Assembly (NCBI GenBank): GCA_963693365.1
Contig: CAVNZM010000009.1
Coordinates: forward strand, 2,606,231 to 2,670,230
Reading direction: 5' to 3'
DNA: 64,000 bases
Origin: Amoebidium appalachense
Taxonomy: Eukaryota; Protista; Ichthyosporea
Below the pieces are notes generated by a model. That model was not told the DNA's origin and ran no database searches. It saw only the letters and a list, made by a program, of their open reading frames with translations. The position numbers were made by a program, and so were the translations under genes. Shown in pieces: positions 52,346-64,000 of this stretch; the stretch's first letter is position 1, and each line of letters begins with the position of its first letter.

Positions 52346-52869
52346 CCCGCAGCCACCGTGCTGATTGTTTTGGACCATGCTGCCCTTTGAAGGTTAGTTT
52401 TGTGTTGCCTGCTTTTGTGCATATGGCGTTTGTCTGTCTGGTCTGTGTCCGTCCTGTATTATGTCTGTGTCTGTGTCTGTGTGTGTGTGTGTGTGTATGT
52501 GTGTGTGTGTGCGTGCGTGTGCGTGTGTCTGCTGGCTGCAGATGCACGTTGCCTTTCACGTTCATGAACCAGCGACTGTGGGCACTACTTTTGCTGTTAG
52601 CACTATAGCTATCATCCCCTCCACCGATCGTTCAAGCTATTTTCTGCTTCTCTAGACTTCATAAGTTCTGGTCCGGGTTTCCGTCCTTACTATGTTTGAG
52701 GTTGGTTCTGTCGACTCTTTTTTTGCCACTCTCAGTCAGCCCCCTCAGTCCCCCCCTCCCCCCCACTTCTCGCAAGTAGGATGAGCTAATTCTTAGCTCG
52801 AGTTCCTTTACAGGTTTTGGCAAGGTTGGCCCATGAAGTCATCAGCAGCTATAAGGCTACGTTATCATC

Positions 52870-53432
52870 TAGAGGTGGGTACCGGCTCTTTGTCCTATGG
52901 CTGCTATTGTTTCCGTTTTTCGTTTCATAGGTGGGTACCGGCTCTTTGTCCTGTTAAGGTAAATAAAGTATGGAGGCAAGACCCTGTGGGTCTGGGGCTC
53001 TTTGTCCTATGGCTGCTGTTGTTTCCGTGTTTCGTTTCTGTGTTGCTCTTATAGCACATGAATGATCATGTGCATGTTTAGCACCCATAGGTGGGTACCG
53101 GCTCTTTGTCCTGTTAAGGTAAATAAGGTATGGAGGCAAGACCCTGTGGGTCTGGGGCTCTTTGTCCTATGGCTGCTGTTGTTTCCGTGTTTCGTTTCTG
53201 TGTTGCTCTTATAGCACATGAATGATCATGTGCATGTTTAGCACCCATAGGTGGGTACCGGCTCTTTGTCCTGTTAAAGTAAATAAAGTATGGAGGCAAG
53301 ACCCTGTGGGTCTGGCACCACGTCGTCGTCATCGATCGTCAAAGGTTCATGTGGGGTGGGTGGTGGTCCCCAGGAAAAGACCCTGTGGGTCTGGCACCTC
53401 ATCGTCGTCATCGATCGTCAAAGGTTCATGTG
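52870..53432. repeat. ~160-bp tandem repeat (about 2.5 copies) followed by an ~80-bp duplicate
   Basis: ataggtgggtaccggctctttgtcctgttaag...ggaggcaagaccctgtgggtctgg repeated; tcgtcgtcatcgatcgtcaaaggttcatgtgggg twice. Confidence 0.85.
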
Positions 53433-53479
53433 GGGGGGGGGGGGGGGGGGGGGGGGGGGAAGGAGGAGGGAGGTGGGGG

Positions 53480-54405
53480 TTTAAGATATCATCACGACAA
53501 CCTCCAGCCATCCAACAGATGACTTTAAGGATGACGACGGTCTTTTTAGTGTGACTTTTAGAACATCCTGAAAGATGGCTTTAAAATTGCATCAAGAAAT
53601 CTTCCGGTGCTCTTACCAGAACTATGAATATATAATTATTCTATCTATGGGAGCGACCATATATAACGTTAGGCCGTCTAAAGTGTATATTAATTGTGTC
53701 TTTTCCTCAATTAATGATAAATCCATATTATGACGTAAATACGTCTAACGCATATCTTGTTTGTGTCACTATGTACCAATAAAAATATCCCTAGCCTATC
53801 GGTGAGTTGCTTTTAGTACGTCCTAAAGTCGACTATTCGTGTTAGACTGAAATAAAATATTACATAACTACATCGTAAGGATACATTTAGGTTAACCACA
53901 ACACATCTCTAATATATCTCTGCAAATTCTTCAAGAGGTGTTAAGTATGCCATATATGTTCGTCTGAACTACATAAAGTAGTATTAAAGATGGATATTGG
54001 TGATCGCAAAGCGCTCGTGTAGACGGTTGATTGATAGCTTACAGATATGCTGGGGATATCTTTTTTAGTAAATGTTCATAAATATTGTCTTTTTATAGAT
54101 TCGTTTAAGACATAACAAAGACGGCTCTAAGATATGCTTGGGGGAGGAAACAGATGGAACACGGGATAGGGTTTCGCCGGGTTACAGATATGCTAAGGAC
54201 GTACTTACAGAGATGTCTTTAATATCGCCTGCTAAAGCCGGATGGGTTAGGGATAGCTTGGAGTCATCTCTAACTAATAACGGTTACAAAGGGTATGGTT
54301 CAGGATGGGTTACGGGTTTAGGATGTCCCAGACGGGTTTGAGACGGGAAAAAGATGCCGGGAGATGTTTGCTGATGTGCGTGCGTGAGATGACCAGTGTT
54401 CCCTG
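53480..54405. mobile_element. Degenerate relative of the 41516-42494 CMC/EnSpm-like element
   Basis: Same gacgtc/gatgtc/gatatc-rich texture; ends gatgtttgctgatg...tgttccctg, which resembles the reverse complement of the 41516 end. Confidence 0.5.
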
Positions 54406-54844
54406 ACTGAATCCACTAAACAATCCGGATACGCCCGTTCGCCCTTGTGATTGGGGGGAAACTGGGGCTTCCGTAAACGGTTTCGTACCTCCGCAGCCAG
54501 AGCCGCTCGTGACACTGGCAGGGCGGCGGCGATTGGGGGGAAACCCGGCTAAAGTCTGTTTACGAAAGTAACGTCTTTCGCCGATTTGGGGGAAACCTCC
54601 AAGTTAAATTTATATAATATACCCCGCTGAAGTGCGAATACGACTATTTGGTGCTACGTCACGATGGAAAACATAATAGAAAATCTCTTCTAAAAACAAA
54701 CAAAAATAAACGAAATGAGGGCTTCGATTCGCCGAGTGAACAACCAACCAAACCGCGCACAAAGCACGCCACCACACATGCTTCCCATTATGGTGACCAT
54801 CGCGGCGTTCGGGAAACGTCTTTCACATGGGTAGGGTTGGACGC

Positions 54845-55077
54845 GGACCAACCGGGCGGACCAATCAGATCAGAGGTCAAACCAGGCGGACCAATCAGAT
54901 CAGAGGTCAAACCGGGCGGACCAATCATTGATCAGATCAGAGGTCAAACTAGCCGGACCAATCAGATCAGAGGTCAAACCGGGCGGACCAATCAGATCAG
55001 AGGTCAAACTGCCAGTGGGCGGACCAATCAGATCAGAGGTCAAACCAGGCGGACCGGGCGGGACTCGGACCAATCAA
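54845..55077 (+). repeat. ~30-bp tandem array, each unit containing a CCAAT box
   Basis: ggcggaccaatcagatcagaggtcaaacc about 7 times, upstream of a small hydrophobic ORF. Confidence 0.85.
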
Positions 55078-55200
55078 GTCCGATTCAAATACGGATTGCA
55101 AAAAAAAAAAAAAAGGCCCAGGTGCCAGTGGTTGTTGTGAAGGGTCGTGTGTATCGCGCAACAGACACAGGCTTCCTCTTTTTATTGGTACAAGTGCACA

Positions 55201-55464
55201 ATGTGGCCTTGGGTAGTCGCGTCCGCCATCATCTCATTCGTCCTGTTCTGGTTGACACTGATATCATGTGACATTCATAGAATAAACAGATCACTGAAGC
55301 AAAAAACCCGGCCCCAACCAATACTGGACCCATTATGCGACAACTTCATGATTCGCTGGCTGTGGATACTACTATCATCAATGATTGCCACTAATGCTTG
55401 CACATATGCACACCACATCCACACGATCCACCCGAAAGGAAGGCATCCTTGTACACTGATTTGA
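55201..55464 (+). CDS. Small putative membrane protein
   Basis: MWPWVVASAIISFVLFWLTLISC hydrophobic N-terminus and a second hydrophobic segment; lies downstream of the CCAAT array. Confidence 0.35.
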   Translation: MWPWVVASAIISFVLFWLTLISCDIHRINRSLKQKTRPQPILDPLCDNFMIRWLWILLSSMIATNACTYAHHIHTIHPKGRHPCTLI

Positions 55465-57400
55465 TTGGCCAGGAGTCCTGGATCAATAAGTTGAAATAAA
55501 CACGGCCGTATGTCCGTGCAATGTACTCTGATCATGTCTTATAACCACGTGTCTGGAGACCATGGGAAGCTCCCATGAGCCATCTATCTTACCAGAGGCA
55601 TGTAAAAGATTACGAAGGTTTATTCCCGTTATTAGTGTAACACATATTTGCTAACATATTACGTCTTAAACAATGAACACATGTATACGCGTGTACCTGT
55701 ACGCGAAAGGCAATCTAATTTATGGATGATGTTGTGAATGAGTGTGAGCGAATGAACAATCAATAGACTTAGCTATATATGGCGAAAAGCCACGAGCCAA
55801 GAGCCACGAGCCGCCGGCGAAAGATTGCCATACAGAGGCTTGTACTTATATTCTTACAGAGAGATGAAATCAATTAACAGAAGTGTGTAAATAATTAACA
55901 ATGATATAAGGCGGATATATATCTGTCATTCTAGAGAAATATGTAGTAACTTGTACTGTAAATATGCCCTGTACGTGCTGTCTCTATATGTCATTGATAA
56001 GTAGCTGTGAGCCGGATCCACTCATAAGGTCTTGTAGGATCGGATGACATCATAGTGAGCAAAGAATAGATCGAATAGATTGATTGGTTAGATCTGTAGC
56101 CGCGCACTTTGTACATAGATGTCGGAACTCTTTTAACATGATATTTAGTGTAGCCAAGAGCGCTAGAAAGTATAAAAGGTAGTTAGAATTCGTTAGTTAG
56201 AAAGGGTCTTTCCCCTTCTTAGCATGGTCACAACTAAGGGAAATAACACGCATAGAATAGGCATTGCTTGTCTATGGTCATCACTATTGCCTGTAGGCCA
56301 TCGTATTGATACAGTCACGTACAGTTCCCTCGTCACATCTACATTACGGCCAGGTTGCCACAGCTTATGAGCATCAATAAACGTCCAAGTATTCATAAAT
56401 TGCCATACTTAGTGTGTAACAGACCGCCGTCCTCAACGCACCGAGACGGAAACCACACAGAAAATACTTTCAGATGCTACACCCATATTACCTTAAAACG
56501 ACCCACCCCTTTGAAACTTTCAAAGTTGGTGGATCCCACCAGGGCTGTCGCTTGGCAATCACCACGACTTCTGGTACACGCGATTGTGTTTTTTCAAAAC
56601 ACTGACGAGTTCACCGACATTCCAACATATATCTGGAATCGGCCCTGAGGCTGCTCGCCAGTGGGTTCACAACAACTCAAGCGGCTTTTTTGACCCACAC
56701 CAGATACTTGTGTAATCAAATCACTCGTCGCGGAGAGGACCACAGTCCCAGAGTGAGCCTCAGCGCGCGCGCTGCGCAGCATGTTGCCTAACCGCCCGCG
56801 ATCTCCAACGCACCAATAACACCCTTGGTTGTACAAATCCACATCCATTTCACAAGGACAAAGATTAAAATGACGACGACACTCCAACGATCACTGGGTT
56901 CAAAGTTTTATTAGCTATCAATATACAAATGACACCCCTCCAAATATTGCAGCTGACGATCATTGGATACACAACCACTGGGGTGGCACGTGCCCATCCG
57001 TATAGTATGTATCCACCAGTTGGCAACCTCCAACATCCACGCCAACTGCCACGCAAAACCCAAGCTGCACACACACACTGGTAGACACATGTGTACACCA
57101 TCATATAAATGGATGTGTACGAGCGTGACAATAAACAATACATGTAGCTGGACGTGCGATCAAAAGCAATCACTCATAATACCATGCAATCAGTCAGTCA
57201 GATGCAAGATGTACAAAGTCGACCGTGACCCCAAGACGTTCAAGTTGGGGGTCATGTGCTGCAAGAATCGCGCAACCGGGACGAAAATTCCTTGCACGAG
57301 CCAGACGTGCTGTGTAAGGAGCATGGCATTACCTACACTTGGCAAGGACCGCACCTTTCCGGCAATAGAGACCATCGGGGTCTTATAATCATATGCAATC

Positions 57401-57598
57401 ATGATGACCATGGCTAGACGACGGAAAACACACACTGAGCGCCACCGGCACAGACGCCCAGGCCCAAAACAAAAGCGAAAGAAGCGCCATAAAAAAGCAA
57501 GACGGCAGACAGAGACCAAGAAGAGACACCACAAAACGGACAACGGTACAGGACGGCATGGAGGACCAGATATTATATTTGGTACCCACACAAAGTAA
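57401..57598 (+). CDS. Small highly basic (Arg/Lys/His-rich) protein
   Basis: MARRRKTHTERHRHRRPGPKQKRKKRHKKARRQ; not derived from a microsatellite. Confidence 0.4.
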   Translation: MMTMARRRKTHTERHRHRRPGPKQKRKKRHKKARRQTETKKRHHKTDNGTGRHGGPDIIFGTHTK

Positions 57599-58017
57599 CA
57601 GCCTGAGACACACACAGACAGACGCGGTCACTTTTGACGAACACACACTACCAACCTTAAAAAACCATTGAACCCCAGAAAAGGTGTGGTTTCAATATCG
57701 GACCGGGCCCTGAGGTAGGTTTTCCATGTTTTGTGCCAACATCCACGACGTAGAAGATCCCGTTTTTTTTTGATTCGCTGTTTTGAATGATTTGGGCGGT
57801 GACAGGCGGTAATTGATTGGATTCACTTTATTTTATTTATCCCGTTTCACTCCCAGCGAGCCACTGCCTCAGGGGAGCTTACTGTCTTCCGCCTAGACAC
57901 AGATAGTACTGTATAGCACACTCATAAGTCAGGATTCTAATTGACCCCAACTGGCACTATTTTTAATTACGCCTTCAAATCCCACGGTTCTAGCCGCAGC
58001 AACGCTAGTGGGGAAAT

Positions 58018-58148
58018 TGATTCGATTCACCGTTTTGGATGATTGGACAAGTAAGGTGAAACATCCCGAATTTTGATTCACTGTTTTGAATGATTGGGCG
58101 GTAAGGTGAAACATCCCGAATTTTGATTCACCGTTTTGAATGATTGGA
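58018..58148. repeat. ~50-bp tandem repeat containing ATTGG (reverse CCAAT)
   Basis: gattcac(c/t)gttttgaatgattgg...taaggtgaaacatcccgaatttt about 2.5 times; extra partial copy near 57770. Confidence 0.8.
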
Positions 58149-58405
58149 GACAAAGAAGTTGGTTGTGAGAGTCGCGATTGCTCGGCTTGACGCGAGTGTC
58201 ACTTGATATGCCTTGAGGGATGCACATGCAAATGCTTTGTGGTCGAAGAAAGATTCGCATCTTGCCAGTGTTTTTGAGATTGTTGTCGAGCCGGATTTGA
58301 CGGCCGTGACCGTTCCACTATTGTGCAGTGGAAACGCAACATGTGTGCCTTCAAAAGCACCCTTGACGGTCCAACAAGGACTCTGTTTGTCTCCGGAGAA
58401 GTAGA

Positions 58406-58777
58406 TCAGTCCTGAAGATACTCCCCGTGAACTGTCCCGTCGTATGTTATCCACGGAGACGATCCGTGTGTGAATACGTGGCCGCCGTGTACATCCAGAA
58501 GTGCGATTCTATGGATGTTTGGGTCCCTCGGTGTGGCTATTTTCTGTTGGGGTTCGTTATTTTCCTGGTAGAGTCTTTTGTAATTGGCGAGTTCGTGGCG
58601 AAGCCTAATGTTATCCTTTTCCGTCTCTTGTAATGAATTTATAAGCCTGTTCTGATTATTTAAGAGCTTGATCGCATTGCTTATTTGTGACGTGATATTT
58701 TCCAATCCCTTCAAGTTCTCGAGTGGGTCGTCTTTGGTTTTTTCTGTTGTTGTGTCTGGTTGCAAATGAGCAGCCAT
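58406..58777 (-). CDS. Hypothetical coiled-coil protein (123 aa), possibly frameshifted into ORF 58128-58454
   Basis: ATG about 120 bp downstream of the right inverted-repeat arm; heptad-like LENLKGLENITSQISNAIKLLNNQNRLINSLQ. Confidence 0.5.
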   Translation of the reverse strand: MAAHLQPDTTTEKTKDDPLENLKGLENITSQISNAIKLLNNQNRLINSLQETEKDNIRLRHELANYKRLYQENNEPQQKIATPRDPNIHRIALLDVHGGHVFTHGSSPWITYDGTVHGEYLQD

Positions 58778-58898
58778 CGTCGTGAAATGATTCCAAAAGT
58801 TTGAGTGTCTGTGTGGAGGTTCTGTTAAACCTGTTTATTTTATTTTTAATGTCGTCTATTTTGGTTGGATCATCGACATCAGTGCCACCCCCAACTGT

Positions 58899-59183
58899 TC
58901 CATACTTAGACTTTTGCTGCCCGTCCCCCGTTCCCCGTTCCCCGGCCTGATCCTTAGTGTGACACTATGTTATCGTTTAAGATTTAAATCGATAAGTGTC
59001 TGTTGTCATTGGCCACTTTCTCATATAGAAGTGGGTAGTGCTGTATCATTTGTTTTGTCTCTTTTTTGTTCGTATTTAAATGGGAAAAGTGGGAAGTATG
59101 AAATAGTTCGATCGCGATCGGATCGGAGGTGGTTTGGTGGGGGGTGTGATCTCAAAATTATCAGGTTAAATGATTAGTCCAAT
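58899..59183 (-). repeat. Right arm of the ~290-bp inverted repeat (partner 37848-38141)
   Basis: Reverse complement of the left arm. Confidence 0.92.
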
Positions 59184-60640
59184 TTCAATTGTGATTGGCC
59201 AGTGTGACAGCCCAACGAGTCACGACGATGCACATCATGAAGTTCATTATTGACGCATGCACACGGCCATTATAATCGATATGTACATTCATTACTGCGC
59301 TTTCAGCATGTCCATACACATGAATTCAGGGAATCCAATACTAGAGGTGAATAATACAGGCAACGTCTTATACTTGGCTGATTCCAAGTGGTGCATGTCA
59401 TGATAAAATTTATTCGTGTGCCTTCAATCAAGATACCGATATCGAATCGATGATGGAATTCCTTTTGTTTCAGCTGATCTCATTCTGAGTCATTCTCGAC
59501 ATTATAATCCCTAAGCAAAAACATGGCCTCGGTGCAAGTAGCCAGCTATAACAACTGAGGACAATAATAATAATATAAGTATAAAATGACTATATGGCAA
59601 AGTTATTTTTTCTCCTTGGTTTTTGCACAGCTGGCTACTTGGTGACTGTCCCCTACATGGTGGTGCACATCGGGCTCCTGTAAGTTGGCATCAGGGCTTG
59701 AAATAATTTGATATAGCCCCCTCATTTGCATACCATTTCAGGGCTAGCGCTGTATTTAGCTATTGTCGAAGTTATTACATAAGGTATAACACAGGCCACG
59801 TGTATTATTTTCATTGTCTCTTTGAGAGCTTGTGTGTTTTTATATGATTTTTTATCTTTCTAGACGGTTTATGTCAGGAGTCAGAACTGCCCGATATTTC
59901 CGCCAGGCATAGGCCCCAGTAATCTGTCCAAAATTTCGTTGCATTCTAAAACACGAAGAACTATACACATTAGGGTTGATTCGATGACTTATTTATTTAT
60001 AATCAAAATAAGCTTTACTGATAATACTAAATCATCACTGTGAGCTACAATTGGGGGTTTATTGAGTTATGAGGTATCATTATCATAAATTATTAAGAGG
60101 TTGAGAAAATTGGGATTTAGAACCCCCCACGATCTATTGTCTGTGTATCCGCCACAGCCAAGAGGCCTTCAGGTCACTTCTGGATGTCCCGGAAGTATTC
60201 TACAGTAGATGACAGCTACTTGCAAGACATATATTACTGCAGTATTATACGCATTTATTAGTGGAAGAAAGATGTCACTGTATACCCTTTCTATTTCCAA
60301 GTTGTAAGCAGTGTTGCTTGGAAGAAAACGCGAGCTTATTAAATCTCCAAACACACAGTCAGACTCCATTGCAAGCAGTCGAAGCACTTGATGGTATCGG
60401 TAGTTGGAAGCGTTAGTAAGGAGCTCTGGCCTGGCGCTTATATGTTCACAATACCCGCTAATTAACCTGTGTTGGTTCGAATTCACAGCTTTAGTATCAT
60501 CTTCCTTTAAACATTCTCTAACAGGACAGAAAAACTTTTCTTAACCATTTCCACCACACCGTTCTCGCAACAGAGAAAATCAGTAGCAACTCTCATACGG
60601 TTCTGGCGGAACTCAACGCGTCCGATGCAGTCAACCCACG

Positions 60641-61634
60641 ATGGCTCGAAAATGGGGTGCACATCCTCTTCACCTGAAAAATATCACAGCTCTGAATCTT
60701 TGTCGTTATCTGTTTTTACTTTGCTTGTCCTTGGCCACGGTTCAAGCAGCAGTTGCAGTCTCGCAAGCGAAACACAACTCTAAAGCAGATCTATTTCTGA
60801 CAGCACACTATGTAGCCGGGCAGGAAAACGGAGGAGGGGTCACTTGCACGGACCCTAATTGGTTATATACCACCCTTCTTTCCGCCGGTGAAATTTCAGG
60901 CCCATGCACCCCCTTTCGCACCATAAAAGGAGATGGGGAATTATTGGGCCCCATAAGATGGAGGAGGGTTATGAAACAGGAAAAAGAGGGTTATGATCTG
61001 GTCATCACCCAGCTATTCAATGATTCAAAGTGCAATGACGAGCCTTACTATACTGATTCGGTGATTGCTGATGCTTGGGAGGACCACAAGTGCAACGCGT
61101 CTCTGGTAAACCCCCCCCCCCCCCCCCCCCCTCCCTCCCTCCCCCCTATCACACACACACACACACACACACATACATACACACACCCTTTTCCGGGGAT
61201 CCATCTTTGCACCCCAAGCCCTCCTCTCCTTCGCTACTCCAGGTTAACACAAGCATCACATATTCTGATACGGCGATAAGTATGTATGTTTTGTGGACAT
61301 ATTTCTGGCATAGACATCCACCTGCTCACACCAACACAACCCAAACCCATCATCTGCACCCTTTCACTTGACCACACCTTTTTCCAAAAGGTTCCTCACC
61401 TCTTGTTGTCATCTTTTCCAGCAGCTTCGGTGTTCCCTTTGCCTCCCCTCCCTCACCCCTCCCCCCTCCCCCCCCCCCCCTCCCCCCCGCGCTCTCCCCC
61501 CTGGTGCCACCATCAGCACCATCACTTCGAACACCACCACTACACGCATCACGCCAAACCCACAACATGCCGCAGGCCGCATACACAAATCATGCACGCC
61601 TTTGCACAGACACACATGCGCGCACGTGCGCGTG

Positions 61635-61678
<44 letters not shown>

Positions 61679-61839
61679 CAACACTCACATCACATGCACA
61701 CGCAGCACACGCGCACATATGCCGGCGCCCGCGCCACAGCACACACACAAACACACACACACACAGCACACACTCGCTCACACACGCGCCGCAGCACATA
61801 CACGGCGCCGCAGCGCACACGCACGCACGCACACACAAG

Positions 61840-61874
<35 letters not shown>

Positions 61875-61894
61875 TACACGCACGCACGCGCGCC

Positions 61895-61960
<66 letters not shown>

Positions 61961-62839
61961 ACACACACACACACACGGTGTATGCAGAATATGAGAACTC
62001 TTTTTCAGAAACGACCCAATTGCAAACCAAGAGCAAACCAGGGGCTTGGTAAAAATCAATGCATGATATGAAGAAAGGTAAACGATATGATAGCTCGGCC
62101 CTGAAGGCCAAAAGGTCAATATGGGGGTCCTACAGCTCGAATTTCATCTATGAAAGAACCAAGCATGAACATACCACCCCTTCAAATTGACTGTCACAAG
62201 AACGCCGGCGCAAAAATTCTATCATTATTTGTTTGTTATTGGGTGGAAGGAGAAGGAACAGCACGTGGCGACATTAAACCTGTTTTTCTGACTATCTGAT
62301 TGGTGGAAATAGTATGATATTGATACCTTTTTCCGGGGGGGGGGGGGGGGAGAAGGGAAGGGGGGGGGGGGTTGTATTTTAGATTTGAATTTGACGGAAA
62401 GAGAAGTAAGTATTTAGCACGATGCCATCTGCACTGTCTGGCAACAGAATGGGCCATTTCTATTACTGTACGGTTGAACTTTTCGTATTGGGTATATCTC
62501 CTTGGATATCCAGTGAAGCTATCTCATCGACTATCTCGTTGTGTTTGCGGCAACTGTACTATATATCCATTCTTAGCCCCGTCTGAAACCCCGATCTAAT
62601 AAATTTTATGATAGAAAATTGAAAACCCCCATTAGATCAGTCTACCTCTGTAGACTAGAAGCCAATCAAAAACGGCGGCACTCATGCAATGTGCATGACG
62701 TCCCTAAAAATGTACGGGATGGATATCACAAAGTTACTTTCTGTAGACTACATATTAACCAATCAGATACGGTAGAGTCGATACCATATATGGTAATATT
62801 TGGTAGCCACCTGTTATGTTACAACCTTTTCTTAAACTA

Positions 62840-62871
<32 letters not shown>

Positions 62872-63125
62872 ATGCATATATATATTATATATATATTCTC
62901 TTTCTGCTCCCATCTCTCTCTTCCCAGACCACCACCACCAACCCTACCTCTCAGCTTTTTTTGTTATTAGTTTCATATCAACGGAAAACGAAATGTAGCC
63001 CGTACTGTATTGTCCAGTGTCTAAAACAGGCTATGCATGCTCATTGATGATTGGTTCAAATGTAAATTAATTCATGTCGGCACATCTCACTAATTATCCT
63101 CTTCATTCTGATTTTCTAACTTCTT

Positions 63126-63174
<49 letters not shown>

Positions 63175-63768
63175 AAAAAATAATAATAATAATAACTAAT
63201 GAATAAAATAAAAATAAATCGAATGAAAACAAATAAAAAATACAGGTTGAGTATCGGGCGACACAGAAGAACGTGGCCAGGCGTTTCTACAGCCAAAACA
63301 CGAGCCTATCTTTCGAAAATCGCATGGACGATGCAATCGTATATCGGGATTTCTACAAAGACTCCGGGTGTAATAAAACCTTGGATTATCGTCTCCTGCT
63401 ACGGCCAAAGGGCGGCGGGTGTGTGCGCGCCGACAGGCACTATCGCATGGCGGTGCTTCGTGGGATAGACAAGAGAAATATGTCCATGTATCACACAATT
63501 TACGTGAAAACAGAGGTGATATATGTTGAAATTCCAGAGTATAATGCTCCTGCGGTATGGTTTGCGGGTTTTGATTTTTATTCCGACTCGGAATGTACCA
63601 TAGCAGTCCCGTTTTTCACTCCTATGGATGGAACGGTATTGGCGGATACCGAGCCTGAATATTGCTGGCAGTTGGATAACGGGTACCATAGATATACCAT
63701 TTTGGATAGTGACGGGATAAACGCGTCTTCTTCCGAGCCGTATGCCAGCGATGGTGATGGCCACCCCG
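60641..63768 (+). CDS. Putative secreted or surface protein with repeated (F/Y)xDSxC modules; multi-exon, probably continues past the window
   Basis: Exon 60641-61105 has a hydrophobic signal-like segment ([17 protein letters not shown]) and LFNDSKC. Exon 63246-63768 has FYKDSGC and FYSDSEC and ends at gtaag. The intervening small exons are not fully resolved. Confidence 0.65.
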
Positions 63769-63824
63769 GTAAGAGCAAACACGTAGACCAGGTTCTCTTC
63801 TTCTGCTTCTTTTCTTTTTATTTG

Positions 63825-63862
<38 letters not shown>

Positions 63863-64000
63863 CCCCTCTCTTTTCACCTTTTTTGTTTTTACACTGTATC
63901 GGGTAGTGGACTAGGGAGAGAAGGCGGGAAGAATCTTGGGGTTATAATGGTGATAGTAAAATGCATATTGGGTGGGAAATTTGATGAAGGAAGGGGAGGG

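Noticed and set aside
60169-60486. 105-aa minus-strand ORF
   Set aside because: Non-ATG start and no motif or exon partners recognised. It cannot be supported, though a divergent exon is not excluded.

Overview
Eukaryotic, intron-rich genomic DNA with many poly-C/poly-G tracts and CA/GA microsatellites. Most ORFs in the six-frame track are translations of these repeats. A unicellular holozoan-like host is an inference only. Host genes: a cathepsin Z/X-like protease (minus strand, runs off the left edge), a complete 16-exon ALDH3-type aldehyde dehydrogenase (7410-18704) and a putative secreted protein with repeated (F/Y)xDSxC motifs (from 60641). The centre is nested mobile DNA: two nested LINE remnants, MITEs, a young full-length chromodomain-bearing Gypsy element (26846-35240, GCCGG TSD) and a solo LTR of the same family. 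A 21-kb region bracketed by a ~290-bp inverted repeat carries small intronless ORFs, CCAAT-box arrays, CMC/EnSpm-like elements and a ~183-bp satellite. The best candidate for an undescribed system sits inside that satellite: a 3.7-kb ISL2EU-type (PIF/Harbinger-related) transposon with 17-bp TIRs and an AT TSD. Its THAP-HTH-DDE transposase is intact, and its convergent partner gene is an Exo1/XPG-family 5' nuclease rather than the YqaJ exonuclease expected for ISL2EU.
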